64,000 nt of DNA from contig KZ538515.1 in the NCBI GenBank assembly GCA_000934665.2, forward strand, positions 1 through 64,000. The letters run 5' to 3'. Below, one piece after another: positions 48,341-62,393 of the stretch; position 1 is the first letter of the stretch, and every line of letters begins with the position of its first letter. Both the position numbers and the translations under genes were made by a program. The notes beneath the pieces are model-generated. The model saw only the letters and a program-made list of their open reading frames with translations, ran no database searches and had not been told where the DNA came from. Source of the stretch: Catajapyx aquilonaris (Eukaryota).

Positions 48341-51300
48341 TTGGATGGAAAATTGTAATTTAATTACTGAGAGAGAAAGGATCATACTAATCGATAATGG
48401 ATTTTGTGTTCGACGATAATTTATGTTGGAAATTGATCCTAATAAATTACATCAAAAAGTGACTCAGTTTTGAAATTATTTTTCGTGAGTACTATACGTA
48501 CAAGTAGCTAGTGATAATTTATAGTTGAGAATTTCAATTTTCCTAATTTCAAATGGGTATCACTTACTGTGGCTATTGAAAATGCTAAACAATTACAAAT
48601 GTTCTCAACTTTCAAGCATAGCCTATAGGTTTTCGCAATTGAAGAAAGACATACGGTGGTTTAAAAATTGAGCTTCAGTTTTCATCTAATAACAATTAAC
48701 GATAAACAACTTCCAACAGAAATGATCGTCGAACACCGCAAAATCCATCTTCATGAGATCCTTTCATCCAAAAAATAGGGAAATAAAGCCGCATGGAAAT
48801 ATAGTACAAGGTGTTTTCGTTTCATATATTAATTTTTTGTGATTAAAATCTAGAATATATGAAGGTGTACAGTATGATGCCAAATAAGCAACTGTATATA
48901 CAAATGGGTACAATTTCTTCCACAAAAAATAAGATAGCTCAAGTATAACAACCTTGTACAGTGCCCTTCCTCTGCATGTTATAAAATAGCAAGTGTCATT
49001 GAATCACCATGCGTGCAGTATACAGTATATACTGCAGACTATATCTATTAAGTGAATCACTCCAAAGAAACGCGCTATATCAGTTAGATAGTGTAACAAT
49101 TAACTTACATATCGCATGCTGCAATGTGAATAACTTAAGATATAATTCGTAACAAATGAAGGGGTTGCAATCAAGGGTATAGTTACCTCCAGCGCTTGGG
49201 ACACTTTGAGATAATCCATAGAACAAATGTAACAGCTCTGCCATGTTACACATAGCTACTGACTTGATAAGGAAAATTAGAGTAACTTTTGATAATTCGG
49301 TGCATACATCATTATGTTAAATCCCAAAATTCCTTTATACTGTGATAATCAAATATAGCAAATGATCACTGTAGCAGAAAATAGCAATAACGAATTTACT
49401 GAGTCACATGTTACTCGTAAGTCCAACCATTTTTTTTTTCTAGATTCCAGTGTATCTATTATTATTGTGTCACAACCCGGTTTTCTTTTCAGCCCAATTT
49501 TTAATCTCCCAGCTATACAGCCTGTATACCTACTGCATAGGCTATAGGTGCTTTGTATACAGTTGCATTAAGGTTGGGTCGCCTCAATGAGATTCAGGGC
49601 TGCATAGGTCATGGTACGCCCTAGGGTGCGAGTGTGTGTTGTGCTTGTGGGAGTGAGGGGGATGTGTGTGTGTCAGAGAGAGAGAGAGAGAGGGGGGGGG
49701 GATTGGGGTAAGGGCTTTTATTGCAAATTCCCACCTCCCCTTCAGCCCCTTTACCCCCATATCAATAATAGGACCGTTAAATCACGTGTCTATGAGATAG
49801 TAGGCTACATAAGAACGAAATGTATAATTTCCAAGGCAGGGCGGGGGCGGCAGATTGGTAGGGTTGGTAGTGATGCTTGTGAATTAATTTGAACATAAGT
49901 GATTGTTAAGTCCTTGGCCCTCCGGTCGCCACTTCCCGCTTTGGGCACAGTCCTGCCAAATTACAATTAATTAATTCGGCCTTCTAACTCAAGTTTGTCA
50001 ATTATTTTCTTTTGTTGCCATCATTCTCTCATATACAGCCGGCCATTTTTTGGGACGTGTGTAGGCCAGGTGTCAATGTCTGGTTCTGAACAGGTATTGA
50101 GCTTGGTTTACTATAAACGTATATATACAGAAGGCATACCCGGTATGAATGGGATTAGAAATGTTCATTCACCGAATCGACGCTCCCAGTCTTGGGAAAG
50201 TTTACCTTCCGCCTTTGTTTAGTATACGCTTATACAGTACGTTGATCCATACTACGATAGTCCATATACAGGATCAGTAAATAGAAAAAAAATAAAAATC
50301 GGTTAACTTGGCAACCCTCGCAACGGCTCCCCCCTCCCCCCCATCCCCTACATTTATATAGGGGAAAAGTCGGAGGGGTAAAGTGCACGTAGGAGAGATT
50401 TGGGGGATGGTGGGTATAGCCTTTTTTCTATTGGCTGCCTCAAATTCCAACGGCGGAAGTCCCCCCCCCCCCCCCNNNNCCCCCCCCCCCCCTCTTCTAC
50501 TACCCTCCCTCCAAACATTGCAGCACGTGGCAACACTGCCAAAAGAGGATGGCCAACTGTTGCTGTAATGGCCGCCCGATTTATGTTCCGGTGAAAAAAA
50601 AAGAAGATATGGATCCAAACATGTCATGTGTTAAGCAACCGGTAACTTGGAGTAAGCGTAAAAGCAACAGTTTTTCGCAAGTGATCAGAAGGGTTGGTAA
50701 TTTTGGGGCGCCATGTTTGATTTTTTTTTTTACAGGAGGTGGGAAAGGGTGGCGGTTTTTTTTATTTATTTGTAGCACGCAGCAGATGCGTGGTGTGCGT
50801 GGTTACTAGGACTAAAATGCCCTTGGGAGAGTTTGGCATTCTTAACCCCCACTGTTGCGTGTGTGGTCAATGTTTGGGTGTGTATTTGAAGGGGGGGTAC
50901 AAAACGTAGCCAATTGGACTCCGAGGCCACCTCTTTTTTGACCGACAGCGACCTCCCAGCCCAATCCAACCCCCATGACCTCCATGACATTTTTCTGCCT
51001 GCAAATCCTCCCCACCCCCGTACAGTTTCGCCAAATTATCATCTTGCAACACTGTGTGATTATGACCAATTGGTACCATTCGACTAATAAAAAATGGCAG
51101 AGCTGGCAAAAACTTGCGGGCAAGACTTGTCCTATTTAGACGGTTGGTATATAGGAGGGGCTGGGGGGGTGGGGGCCAGAAGAATAAATGCCTTGGCACC
51201 TATTAGGTCCTTAAGTGTCGAAGATTTAGTTCGCCATATCGAAGTCACGTACGTCAGTCACCATCAATATGGATCAGATCACTGATGTATTTTTAGCCTC

Positions 51301-52379
51301 GGGGTCACCGGATGGTCATCACGGGTACACCCAGTCACAAATCTATCGGGTCAGTTACACACGACATAAGGATCAAATTCCTCCTTTAAAAAAAATGTTC
51401 GCCATACGTTGCAACAAGGCCTTTTCAAATGACGTGGAAAAACTATTTGCAATCCTGCTAATTATACGACCCTTTACAACTCGAACATAATTAAGGAAGC
51501 TGTAATCAGTCCATCCACGTGTAAAGATGACGCCAAAGGAGAGACGCAGGTTTGAGGTCGAGCAAGACAATGGCTCGTAACAATATAAAAAAAAGGGAGA
51601 CACGTGATCCCCACATGCCCCATCTTACTCGTAGTTTGGGTAGCACTGGGTGAGTCAGCTTGTTATCCTGGAAAGTAGGTGACCCACACCTCGAACCTTG
51701 CATCACTATCGTTGCGTACTACTAGGCTAGTTTTTCAGTTATCGGGGGTATGATATCGGTGATATGTGGTTTTCATCGTGACGCTTTCATGTCAATAGGA
51801 AATCCGATTTCCTATTAAATCATAGGGCTTTGACCCATAGTAGGCTGGGTAGCAAGTTGATGGGTTGTGTCCCTGGTGAATAATAATCACTCGAAGTGAT
51901 ATAACCCGGCCATGATGTTGGAAGTTCTGCAGCTGCATGACGGTCAAATGAATCTGTCTACACTATAATCGTATAATAGTGTCTAGCCATGATTACAGTG
52001 GAAGTTTGTTCGTTACTTGTATGGTCACTACGACAAATCCTGCTGTGATTTGTTGAAACAGTAAGTTACCTGGTAATGTCCAAAGAGAAAAACAGTACGT
52101 TTACAAAATTATTTTAAATTGATATTAACTACTTATATAGCTAATGTATAACCTCCATTAAGAAATGTATGTGGATATCGTGTTCAAGCATTTTTCCCAT
52201 CCCAATGCTGTCCCATTTTATACAGCATATGCAAATATACAAAGTATTCCAAAAACAAAAAAAGAAACACTTATTGTCACAAGCATTTCTAATAAAGGAT
52301 TCTCACCCTGTAATGCTGAATAACCATAATTTTTGTATTATACTGCACTATGATATATGCCTGCTGCATACAGAGGGCA

Positions 52380-52563
52380 TGACTGTCATTCACACTGCAC
52401 AAAAGTTTCATGATCGGATCATGTTCCGATCGTGCTTTTTCCATTGTCATTAACTGACCAATATAAAAATTAATCGATAACTATGAATTAGTAATTAACT
52501 TAATTAACAACATCGAAAAACACATGACCATATCACGAAACTTTCGTATCGTGTAAATGACCC
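52380..52563. mobile_element. Small degenerate inverted-repeat element
   Basis: gtcattcacactgcacaaaagtttcatgatcggatcatg vs the reverse complement of catgaccatatcacgaaactttcgtatcgtgtaaatgac. Confidence 0.55.
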
Positions 52564-54098
52564 TATATAGATTACACTCTAAATAACCTATATCATATAG
52601 AGCTATAGAGGGAAACAAGCTTCCAGCCACTTCTTGTATTCATATCAAATAAAAAATGTAAGGGTGCAGCCAGGTGAGGGACCAACTGTTAATGCCATAT
52701 GTGCTTCTGAGGGAATTGAGTCAAAATAAGGTTTTATTGGCACCGTCGCAGTGTGAATATCAAAGAAAACTGTGCCAGAGCCCTAAACAAGCCGAAAATG
52801 TAGAGGCACAAAATGTCGTAGAGGTGACTTAGGTGTGACATGGGAGGCATCCCATCTTGAACGATGTAAACGTCAATTAAAATGGGAGTAAATATTTCAA
52901 CAGTCGGCAAACGCATAATTGCTACATCGGAAATGAAAAACCGACGTTAGAAGGTGCCTGGATGCAGGAGAAATCTGAAAGATAGAGGCACAAAATGGGA
53001 CAGAAGTAAAGGTGAACAAAGAACAATCCAACAAATAGTGCAATGTGGTCGTGGGACTAGGATTTGGTGTTTATGCCAATGTCCTTCACTCTGTAAGTAT
53101 TTTGTGCCTCTAGATTTGTGGCTTGCATTGTTACCAAACACATATTTCACTTCTCGTACTGTTACGAAAGCAGTATAGACCAATGTTCCACTATGTCAAT
53201 TCACAGCGTTCATCGTCGTCTACGTAGTTGACGATGGGCGTCTAGTCATTTACAGCCTGTACATTTTTGACTTATTTTAGGTCAAGAAAAGCACTACTGG
53301 TATAGAAAAACCATTGTTGTTACACTATTGAGCATAAATGACACACACTACCCTTGTACAACATAACCATGCCTGCAATTATCAAAAAATATTGAAAATT
53401 CGCATATAAGAGGTTACAAGAAAATAAGTGGTGTTTTGACACCTATTCTGATCAAAACCGATAGTCAATTCATATATACTTTGAATGATTGTATGCTTAT
53501 AGACGTTACTTTTATAAAAGGAAAATGCAGAAAAAATTTATACTATGAACACGTTTTCATATGTTCTAATCTAACTCCTCCTGGGCCAGTTAACAAATGT
53601 TCTAATGAAGTATTGTCTATTCAGAGTGGTAATGGGATTAATATACCTTAGTATTCATTATTATGATTACGGATGGGCAATTGTCCAGAAAAATGAGGGA
53701 TTACATCATTATCATCCATGCAAATATAGGTGTTTTTTTCTTGCCTTTCCAGCCAAATGTGAGGCATTACATTCTCTGTGGCATATTTTAAGTTTTCATT
53801 TGAGTCATGTCATATAGACAGGGAAACAACTCTTGATCACGTGTGCACCGGATTAATGAAGTTATTGGTTCCCCCTCAGCTGCAGGATGCACCATTAAAA
53901 ACTAATGAGTAAAACCTACTAAGTGCTGGGTGGTGATAGTTTTATTCCACTAAATATGTCGTAACATAAAACTATGTCGCTTTAGTAGAACTTAGCTACA
54001 TGGTTTAGGACAAAATATGTTGTTAAAGTTTAACGTAATATGAGGATGTCAACAATGCATACGACACATACTGTACACGTACACATATTTGAACAATG

Positions 54099-54492
54099 CA
54101 GGGTGTTTCATATAGGGTGAACTTCTGGGCACCAAAGAAACGTTTTATGTAGAGGTGTCATTTGGCCTCCCCAACCTCGTTACCAAGACATTGCATTATC
54201 ATATGAAACATCTTCACATTTCATGTAAAATATCCTGCAGGTATACGTCCATCTGCGAGAAGACCATGCCTTTACTCTTCCAAATATATTACCGTGCAAT
54301 TATATCAACTGCGATCTCATTAGGCGTAGCAGAAGTGCCCGAGGCGATAAGAGTGTCGCATGCTTGTATCCGCGACATAGGACTAAGTACAATGCCCTCT
54401 CTGACTAATGATATTTAGCTGGGTACAGAGGCTGCGGACACCAAGTGACACCTTTACATAAAGTGTTCCTTTGGGTGCCCAGAAGTTAGCCC
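54099..54492. mobile_element. Tc1/mariner-type MITE, right end degenerate
   Basis: CAGGGTGTTTCA start; aacttctgggcaccaaagaaacgttttatgtagaggtgtca is inverted at ~54445-54488. Confidence 0.68.
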
Positions 54493-57400
54493 AAAAAAGT
54501 TTGTCTGAATCACTATAATGCATCATATGTATAATAATAATGTTTAAAACTCTTGCAGCATTTTCGTAGGATAAAATGTACTGTACTGTATAATGCAGAG
54601 TACAAGTTACTGCATGGGGAGTGCGGAACGCTTCCAAGGGTATACCTCTCACGACATACATGATATACCGGTAGTATTATTTACTCCTATTTGTATCTAG
54701 GATGCTGTTCAAATTGAAATGTCCATTTTATTTAGTTAGCAATTTTTCGGCTATAAACTGCTTATTTTAAAGCAGTTTGGACTAGTTACTTTCAGTGGCT
54801 GGCAAAAATATAGCTGCTAACATTTGGCCAAATTGAATCATCTGTCCAAGCACTAAATTGCAACTTTCCCATTGGAATAACCTGGCATTGAAAGTCAATG
54901 ATTGAACCCACATTTTGCAAGCGTAGGCGTTAAAAAGAATGTGTCTACACAACCTAATATTACCAACTGGTAACCACTAAAAGTGACTCTATTCACAAGT
55001 AACTGTTTGAAAATTAGCATCTAATGCCATAAAATCGCAAACTAAAGAGACGCAAATCGGGACAACCCTGCATACAGACCCGAGTGCACATCGGGATCTA
55101 CAATGGCAACGCGCATGCGCGACTGGCGTGCGTAATCAATCACATATTTTCCCACCCTATTGTGGTATGTTATCTGAGCGTTCCACCCTGTATAATTTAC
55201 TGTACAAGCAGTACGTCACAGCATTACATCACCAAACTGAGGTAACTGTGTCCCACATGTTACACATCCACAGATTAAATGACATGCTCGAAAGAATTCA
55301 CTTCTCTTGCCAATGGTACTGTACTGTAATGAAGTATCATGTACTTGTTAGGAAGTAATTTCGTGTGTTTTCGCGCCTCATGAGTCACAACAAGTGCTGA
55401 AAGACTGACATATACGCAAGAACAAGCATACATAGTATACTACTCGAGCACTATTACTCAACAAGAGACAATTCAATTTATTCGGCTAATTACAGTATAA
55501 ACATGAAACATCCATTAAATATAATAGAACCGGCCTGCGCACACCTTCAACGAGGCAATAAATAGTGGCAGGCGCAAAATGTCAAAGGAGCGTCTCGGAA
55601 GGGCGAAACAATTCGGGAATGCAAATGAAGCTGATTGGCGTCCTTGAATTGCCACAGTCCTATCGCAATCAGACCCTGCTTAGCTCCAAACAAAACATCC
55701 CTAAGTGCCAACAACTGGGTGAAAAGGAAGCCCCCTTTGTTTTTGCACTTACGTCCCAAATGGAGGAAGCAGATAAGCCTGTTGACCAGATTACACTGTC
55801 TATTCCTGGAACACGTCACCCCCACCCACCATATACCACAAACCCTAGCAATAGTGTTTGTATAATTGATAGACAGGCAGGAGTGTATAAAGCACAAAAA
55901 ATGTGAAGGTAGTCTATATACCCTTCTTCACCTCCATTATGGGATTTGAGGCGCTAGTGCAATATAGACGTTAATTTTTGATGACTTTGCAGGAGAAACA
56001 ATATTAGCACATATGAGCAAAATACTTGAGTGAATCCATAATTCAAATTGTGATTAAGAGCATAATAAGTTAATAGTATCTCTAACATGTTGTCATCAGT
56101 TTGTATAAGTGGCACTACTATTATAGCAAACTTGTTAAAATGTAGCCTATTTGCATACATTAAAATTTTCAAAATGATATCTTTGATCCATTTCGATGAA
56201 AGTTGAAAACGTCAGAGGATTTGTATGTAATAGGTGATACATTGTGGCCAAGAAATACAGTCCTCGCCCGTATTTTCCCAGGCGGCTTTTTCTGATCGAT
56301 CGGTCTTGCCCTGGTCTTCACCATTTTGGGAAAGGATTCGGCGCAGATGGCAGCATATTATATAGGACTAGGGCGCTAACCCAAAGTTGAAGTGGTCAAT
56401 CCTGGTTATTGCACCAAGTTCATAGTCATTTACACATCGGATATTTCATTGAGCAATGCAGTGTATAAGATAATCATTCACCTTATTTGGCTGTTTCATA
56501 TAATGGGTTCTCGACAGGTGATACAATTTGCTTAACATCCTACTGACCTACAGGGTGATCCTAAATACTTAGGCCTATCCGATGAATATGGTTATTTGAT
56601 GACCCTATACTGCATTTTAGAAGTTACTCTCTACATATAGTCTTTTAATGGTAAAATGAGATGCCAATTGTTGAAACGGGCCATTCCTAATTGGAAATAC
56701 TTTTCTGTTGCAATTGGCTGGATGATTCCCATAGGCGTAATATTAGGAGCTAATACTTTCATAACCATTAAGAGTAACTACTTCAAAAAAGCAGCTTAGG
56801 GGTAATAAATAGCCATATTAGTTGGGCAGTATTTTGGATCGCTCTGTGTATAGTAGTTTTTATCATTTAGGTTTGCGAAGCAGACAATTGAAGTAGTAAT
56901 GAAAGTAAAAGTACATATCTCATATTTCAATATATAGTGAGCAAAATTTGTTCGTGGTAAAAGATTAAAATAAACGTAAATAGCATACAGTTTCAGTCAC
57001 TATACTCGCTTGAACTGTCTTCCTTAGTTGGCAACCATAACACAAACGAGCAGGAAGAATACAGAAGATTTACGTAGCAAATCTTTCAATGAGATATGGT
57101 AAGTGATTGTGTAATAGTTATTGAGTAGGCTACATGAGCATCATTTAATTAGGATTAACATCTTCACATATTAATCCATGAGGCTTCAAGCCAAGCTCTG
57201 TATACCATCATCTATATGATATTCCTAAACTCTGTAAACAGTACCAGGGTAGAAGTCTGATAAAATATTGCCGAGGAGAAAATAATGCTGAGGTGTATTT
57301 CTTTGTTCACATGCTGCATGGCGTTTACTGCTGATTTACATTAATAGCGCAATTAGTGTAATCAAGGTGTAATTTTATAGCAAGCTCTCTCATTTGTTAT

Positions 57401-58480
57401 AATTTATAACAATAAAGCTATAGCATTCTTGTTCCATCTATCTCATCCCTTTGATATAGAGAAACCTGAGGTATTATAAATGTATATGGATAATTTGCTC
57501 CAATAATTACATCAATTGCGTTAACGTTCTACACCTAATTATAAATTCTCAATTGTAAACTTGTTTGACATCGCCTTGACATTCAAGATTATTGACATAT
57601 TTAACTGGAAGTCTTCATTGAATCATTATTATTCAGACTGTGGCAAACAACGTATCAGCATTGCTACGTGCGCTTGTGGCTCATCATTACCCTCTTGGCT
57701 ACTGTGTACAGTACAGTATACCGGTTATCCGTGCTGCAAAGCTATAGTCATTATGTGACTATCACTTCATATCAATGTCAATGTACCTTGCATAACAACT
57801 GGACATTAATGACATTACGACTGCACGAGGCATCATGCTGTTGCAATTCAGGTGAGAAAACCTGCAATTCAACATATTAGATCACATTTTATACCAACAT
57901 TCATGTCACGTACAGTACCAGTTACTGTACACTATTATACATATTATACCAGTTACCACATACAGGTATTGCATACCCATATTACTTCATTCACCAATAA
58001 CATGAGAGGTCTTATGGCTTCTAAAATAAACTTCAAGAACCCACTACCATTCGGATTTGTCACACTGCTTTACTCTAGGTCACACACTCCGAGCAATTAT
58101 ACGACATGAATAAACCACAACCTCTAGCGTACGGTAATTTGCTGAAATGAGGCTGCATTGTGTTGACAACTGGAAGCTAGACTGGGGGGAAAAACCAGTA
58201 GTACTATCATACCCTATACTGTATATACATAAACCTATCATTAGTCACGATCACATGTGGCCTTGCTGTACAATGACAGGTATCGTGCACACATATACTT
58301 ATCTCCACCCTGCATAACTACGAAGCCCATCCCCACTCTAATCCCCCCCCCCCCAATTCTTCCGCAATGAGGCATGGGGGCATTGACCTCCTGGGAAGTG
58401 ACGTCACATATGACGCTCAGTCACAAATATTTTTATACTCAAAATCAAATCATCTGGAAATATTACAGTGCCAATTAGGC

Positions 58481-58547
<67 letters not shown>
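58481..58547. repeat. (TAT)n microsatellite
   Basis: Direct reading of the sequence. Confidence 0.95.
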
Positions 58548-59027
58548 TACTGCAAATTCAAAGTGCAAATTTGCAAATCGCCCCATCTACAAGTCATACG
58601 TGACACTCACCTCTTAAAAAGGTGGGCAGTTTCCAAGAAATTACAAAATTTGGAAGGAAAAAAAAACCCACATGCTGCCGCACACCAATACGCTTCCTGT
58701 TGCTTCAAAGTCTCGGCCACAAAAGACGTCACACTCACTCCGCGTTGTGTGCGTGTGTATATGTAGAGTGTGTGTGTGTGTGAAGAAAAAAAAAGGAAAG
58801 GGGGGGGGGTAGGGCATTGACCTCTTACCACGGGGACGTACGTAAACCCACAGAATAACAATAATCAACAGACCTACATACTGTCACCCAAAATTACATG
58901 TGTGGACGTCACACTCTCATACGCACGCTCATGCACACACACACTCACATATGCACTGCGATTGCCACCAGTCACCAGGCTGCCCACCAGGCCTAGTTGA
59001 ACAATTCAACTCAAAAAATTTCGCACG

Positions 59028-59284
59028 CACGTGGACCACTTTCGCGCACTTTTTTTTTTTGGCGCGAAAACTTTTTCCCGCCCTGACCAATTTGACGCGC
59101 CCGATTTTTGCAGACCTTTTGGAGGAAAAGAGCAAAAAGAGAACCGGTGTGAGAGACACAGAGCCTCGTAATGTAACTCGCGCCATTCCACATCCCCCCT
59201 CTCTTCTCTCTCTCACACACCCTCTCTCCCTCTCTCCTCTCTTTCTCTCCCTCTCTCTCCCTCTCCCTCTCTCTTGGCGGGAAA
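59028..59284. promoter_or_regulatory. E2F-site cluster / CpG-rich candidate promoter
   Basis: TTTCGCGC (59040-59047), TTTGGCGCGAAA (59058-59069), TTTCCCGC (59074-59081), TTGGCGGGAAA (59274-59284), CCAAT (59087-59091), CACGTG (59028-59033) and a long CT/GA tract (~59195-59273). Confidence 0.6.
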
Positions 59285-59697
59285 TCAGACGCATGGGTAC
59301 CGATTCGGCTCGAAGTAAGGCGCAGGGGGTCTAGATGGTGGGGGACGCATAACCCCCCCCCCCCCCTAACCCTCACATCCCTCTCTGTATGATCATACTA
59401 AACTTGGTTTTTGTTAAGGAGGCATTGATTACAAATTATTTGAAAATGCCATATTTTAAAAACTAATATTTTGATTGGGTGCTATATGGTTAATGTGCCT
59501 AATTGATATGGGTAGTGTTGAAAATTATGAGACATGTTTTTGCACTGCTTGGCTTTATTAGGGTAATTAGGTAGGACCGTATTGCGTGTCCGGCCTTGCG
59601 CAAAATGCGTCCTATACTTAACCTACTGCGCTGAACAGGTGTCATACAGTACAGTACAATTCGAGCTTGCGAAACTATGAATGTACAGTACCATACC

Positions 59698-59962
59698 CAG
59701 GGGCGTAGGCAGAAAAAAAATCGGAAGGAGGCCCATTCAATAAGCAATAGGTGAACAAGCCATAAAGGGAGGGGAAGAAGCCCGCCGGCCGCCGCAGGCG
59801 AAATGGGGGGGTTCAAGGTCACACGAGCTTAGGTGAATTGGGATATGTATTTGATGAAACTGGTAGCACTTTTTCCAAATAAAAACATGAATTAGTAATT
59901 TCTAATGCTATTTCAAACATTTCGGGTGGGGGTCCGGCCCCCTGCCCCTGTATACGCCCCTG
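59698..59962. mobile_element. hAT-type MITE
   Basis: TIRs CAGGGGCGTA / TACGCCCCTG. CCATACC lies directly on both sides (7 of an expected 8-bp TSD). Confidence 0.78.
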
Positions 59963-62332
59963 CCATACCATTACTCATATAGGAAAAAATCTGAAACATC
60001 TACCATTTCCACGTGCAATGCCTTTTATTCCCCCCNCTACCCCACCCTGATCAAGATACCGTAATGCGAAATTCCGTGACGGTAGCCCCTAGATAAAGTC
60101 GATCTCTGGTCAGATATTGGATGCTGCGAAAGAAAAACCGGGAGGGTGCCCTAAGAATGTTTTCTAGGATGACCTGGGGGCCCCCACCAGGCACGGAAGG
60201 AGAACAGCAAAAGGGTCACACACACAAAAAATTAAAGAAAAAGAAGGGTAAAGGATGAAGAGGAATAACAAAAAAAAGGAGGGACGCACGTGGCGATGGA
60301 AAAGGAGAAGAAAAGGGCATTGACGCTATTCGAGGGTGGTGGTACAAGGAAAACAAAAGGTAGCTGAGGGCATGGATCAAAAACCCGGATTGTTACGCTC
60401 ATTGTTGGTGGCACGCAAAATCCGGAAGAGGTCTGAGGAGGAAATGGGGGAAAGGAATGCGTGCGACCTTGGTTCGATGTGAGGTGAACGAACTTATAAA
60501 AGACGTAACCGGCAACACTTACACGCCATCAAAATAATATAACACTATTTTTAGATGCCCCATGGTTTTGTTGTTGTTGTTGTTGTTTGTAAACAAAACA
60601 ATATGTAAAATTGAGCATTGTAATAAATCATGCTGTTGGGAGAGATAGGTTCATTCATGCCAATTCATCAGGGAGGTTTTTCCACGCAGTCGTAAACTGG
60701 GGGCTTTCACTGGCAAAAACGACAAGTTGGTCATGAATGACGACCCATTTCGAGTTATAAGTCCATAACCATCCTTAACAATCCTCTTCTTGCACATCAG
60801 CTTTTATACATGTCACCCCCCTCCTTCCTACCACACCCCCCCGAAAAATCGGATTCGACGTCCAACCATATCGTAATGAAATCTCACCATCGATTTTTTT
60901 CCCCCAGGTTCATCGCACTCTTGTAATTAATAATATTTTAAAAACCATCGAAGAGTGCCGGATATAGCCTCAGTGTCCTAACTACATTTTGGAACCCCTC
61001 AGTTTAAAAAAAATTAGTCACATAATAGCATTTTCAGTCCTAATTTTTGATACTCTCATCCTCAGCCAACTGAGGCACGGGAAACAGCATCGTTACCAAG
61101 GCGTCGAAGATCACCGTACATTTCCCTCTGAAGAAGCTTGAAGAAGAGTGGAAAAAAAAAAGAACGGCAGGAAGCCACGTGGAGGAATGGTCAACAAGCA
61201 GCAGAATCTACCCCCGTATACTTCCTCTTCCCCAAGCCTGTTTAATGGCCCCCACACCGCCAGCTAGATAAATCCCATCCACCCCTACTCTTCTATTCAC
61301 AAGAGAGGATGAAAAAACAGCAAAATGTTGCCCCACCAAAATATTTTATGGTCGACCAACAGCTGAGAGACTCGCTCGGCAAACTTGCCAAAACAATTAG
61401 TGGTAATATGGCATTGTTTCAAGTCATCATGATTCCATTGAATTTTCCCATTGCGTGGGTGAATCATTTTGTATCTGACGTTGTGGTCTACTTATTCATA
61501 GTTTTTTTCCCCACCATTTGCGACATTATGTTACAACAGCCACCAGGTCACGTGTAACGCTCTCACGCACCAACACACACATCAACAGGTGCCAATGTCG
61601 CCCCCCCCCCCCTATCCTCCCACACCCCCATGGCCTGAAAGTGAGTTATTCAGGCAGGTTCATTGCTCACATTAGAAGAATGCCCTTCAGGTTAAGCCCT
61701 CGTAATTCTCCTTGAACAGTAGCTTGAACTGACACATTGTCATGTAATCTGTACTGTACACGTTGCATGTTACGTACATTGTCTAACCCGCAGGGCTCTT
61801 TCCCATCCATCATTTAGGCCATCAAAAAGTTTGACTTAAACCCGGTTGTATACATACATTACCCTTAGTATGTACACTCGCGACCATAATGTGGACGGTA
61901 GGTCCACAACTTTATGTTCGCGACAGTACTGGCCGATTCGAAAAAAAAAATGTAATTGACTCAAAATCTATAGGACTAGCATATTAAATTAAAATTAGGC
62001 AGATATTAGCCAGTAGCCGTTATCACGTGGGGGGGGGGGGGGGTTATCATGCACATGCCGGGTAGAATCCTGTGTCCCGTTCCCACGTGGGTTGGGTGGG
62101 GTTGACAGACTCCTTCTCACCAACCCGTATTTATCCCCCTCCCCACCTCATCCCCCAACCTGACTACTCCACCCCCTTCCTTTCACTATCGCCTAAAAAC
62201 ACGTCAGGAAATCCTATAGGGGGCAATGGGGAGGGGGGGGGGGACCTATTCCATATGTCATTCCCTAACTTCCCAGATGACGCAGGTTTTTTTCTATGCG
62301 ACAATGTCCCACTTTTGAAGCACCCCCGCCAC

Positions 62333-62380
<48 letters not shown>

Positions 62381-62393
62381 TGTAATAATAATA
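62333..62393. repeat. (AAT)n microsatellite
   Basis: Direct reading of the sequence. Confidence 0.95.
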
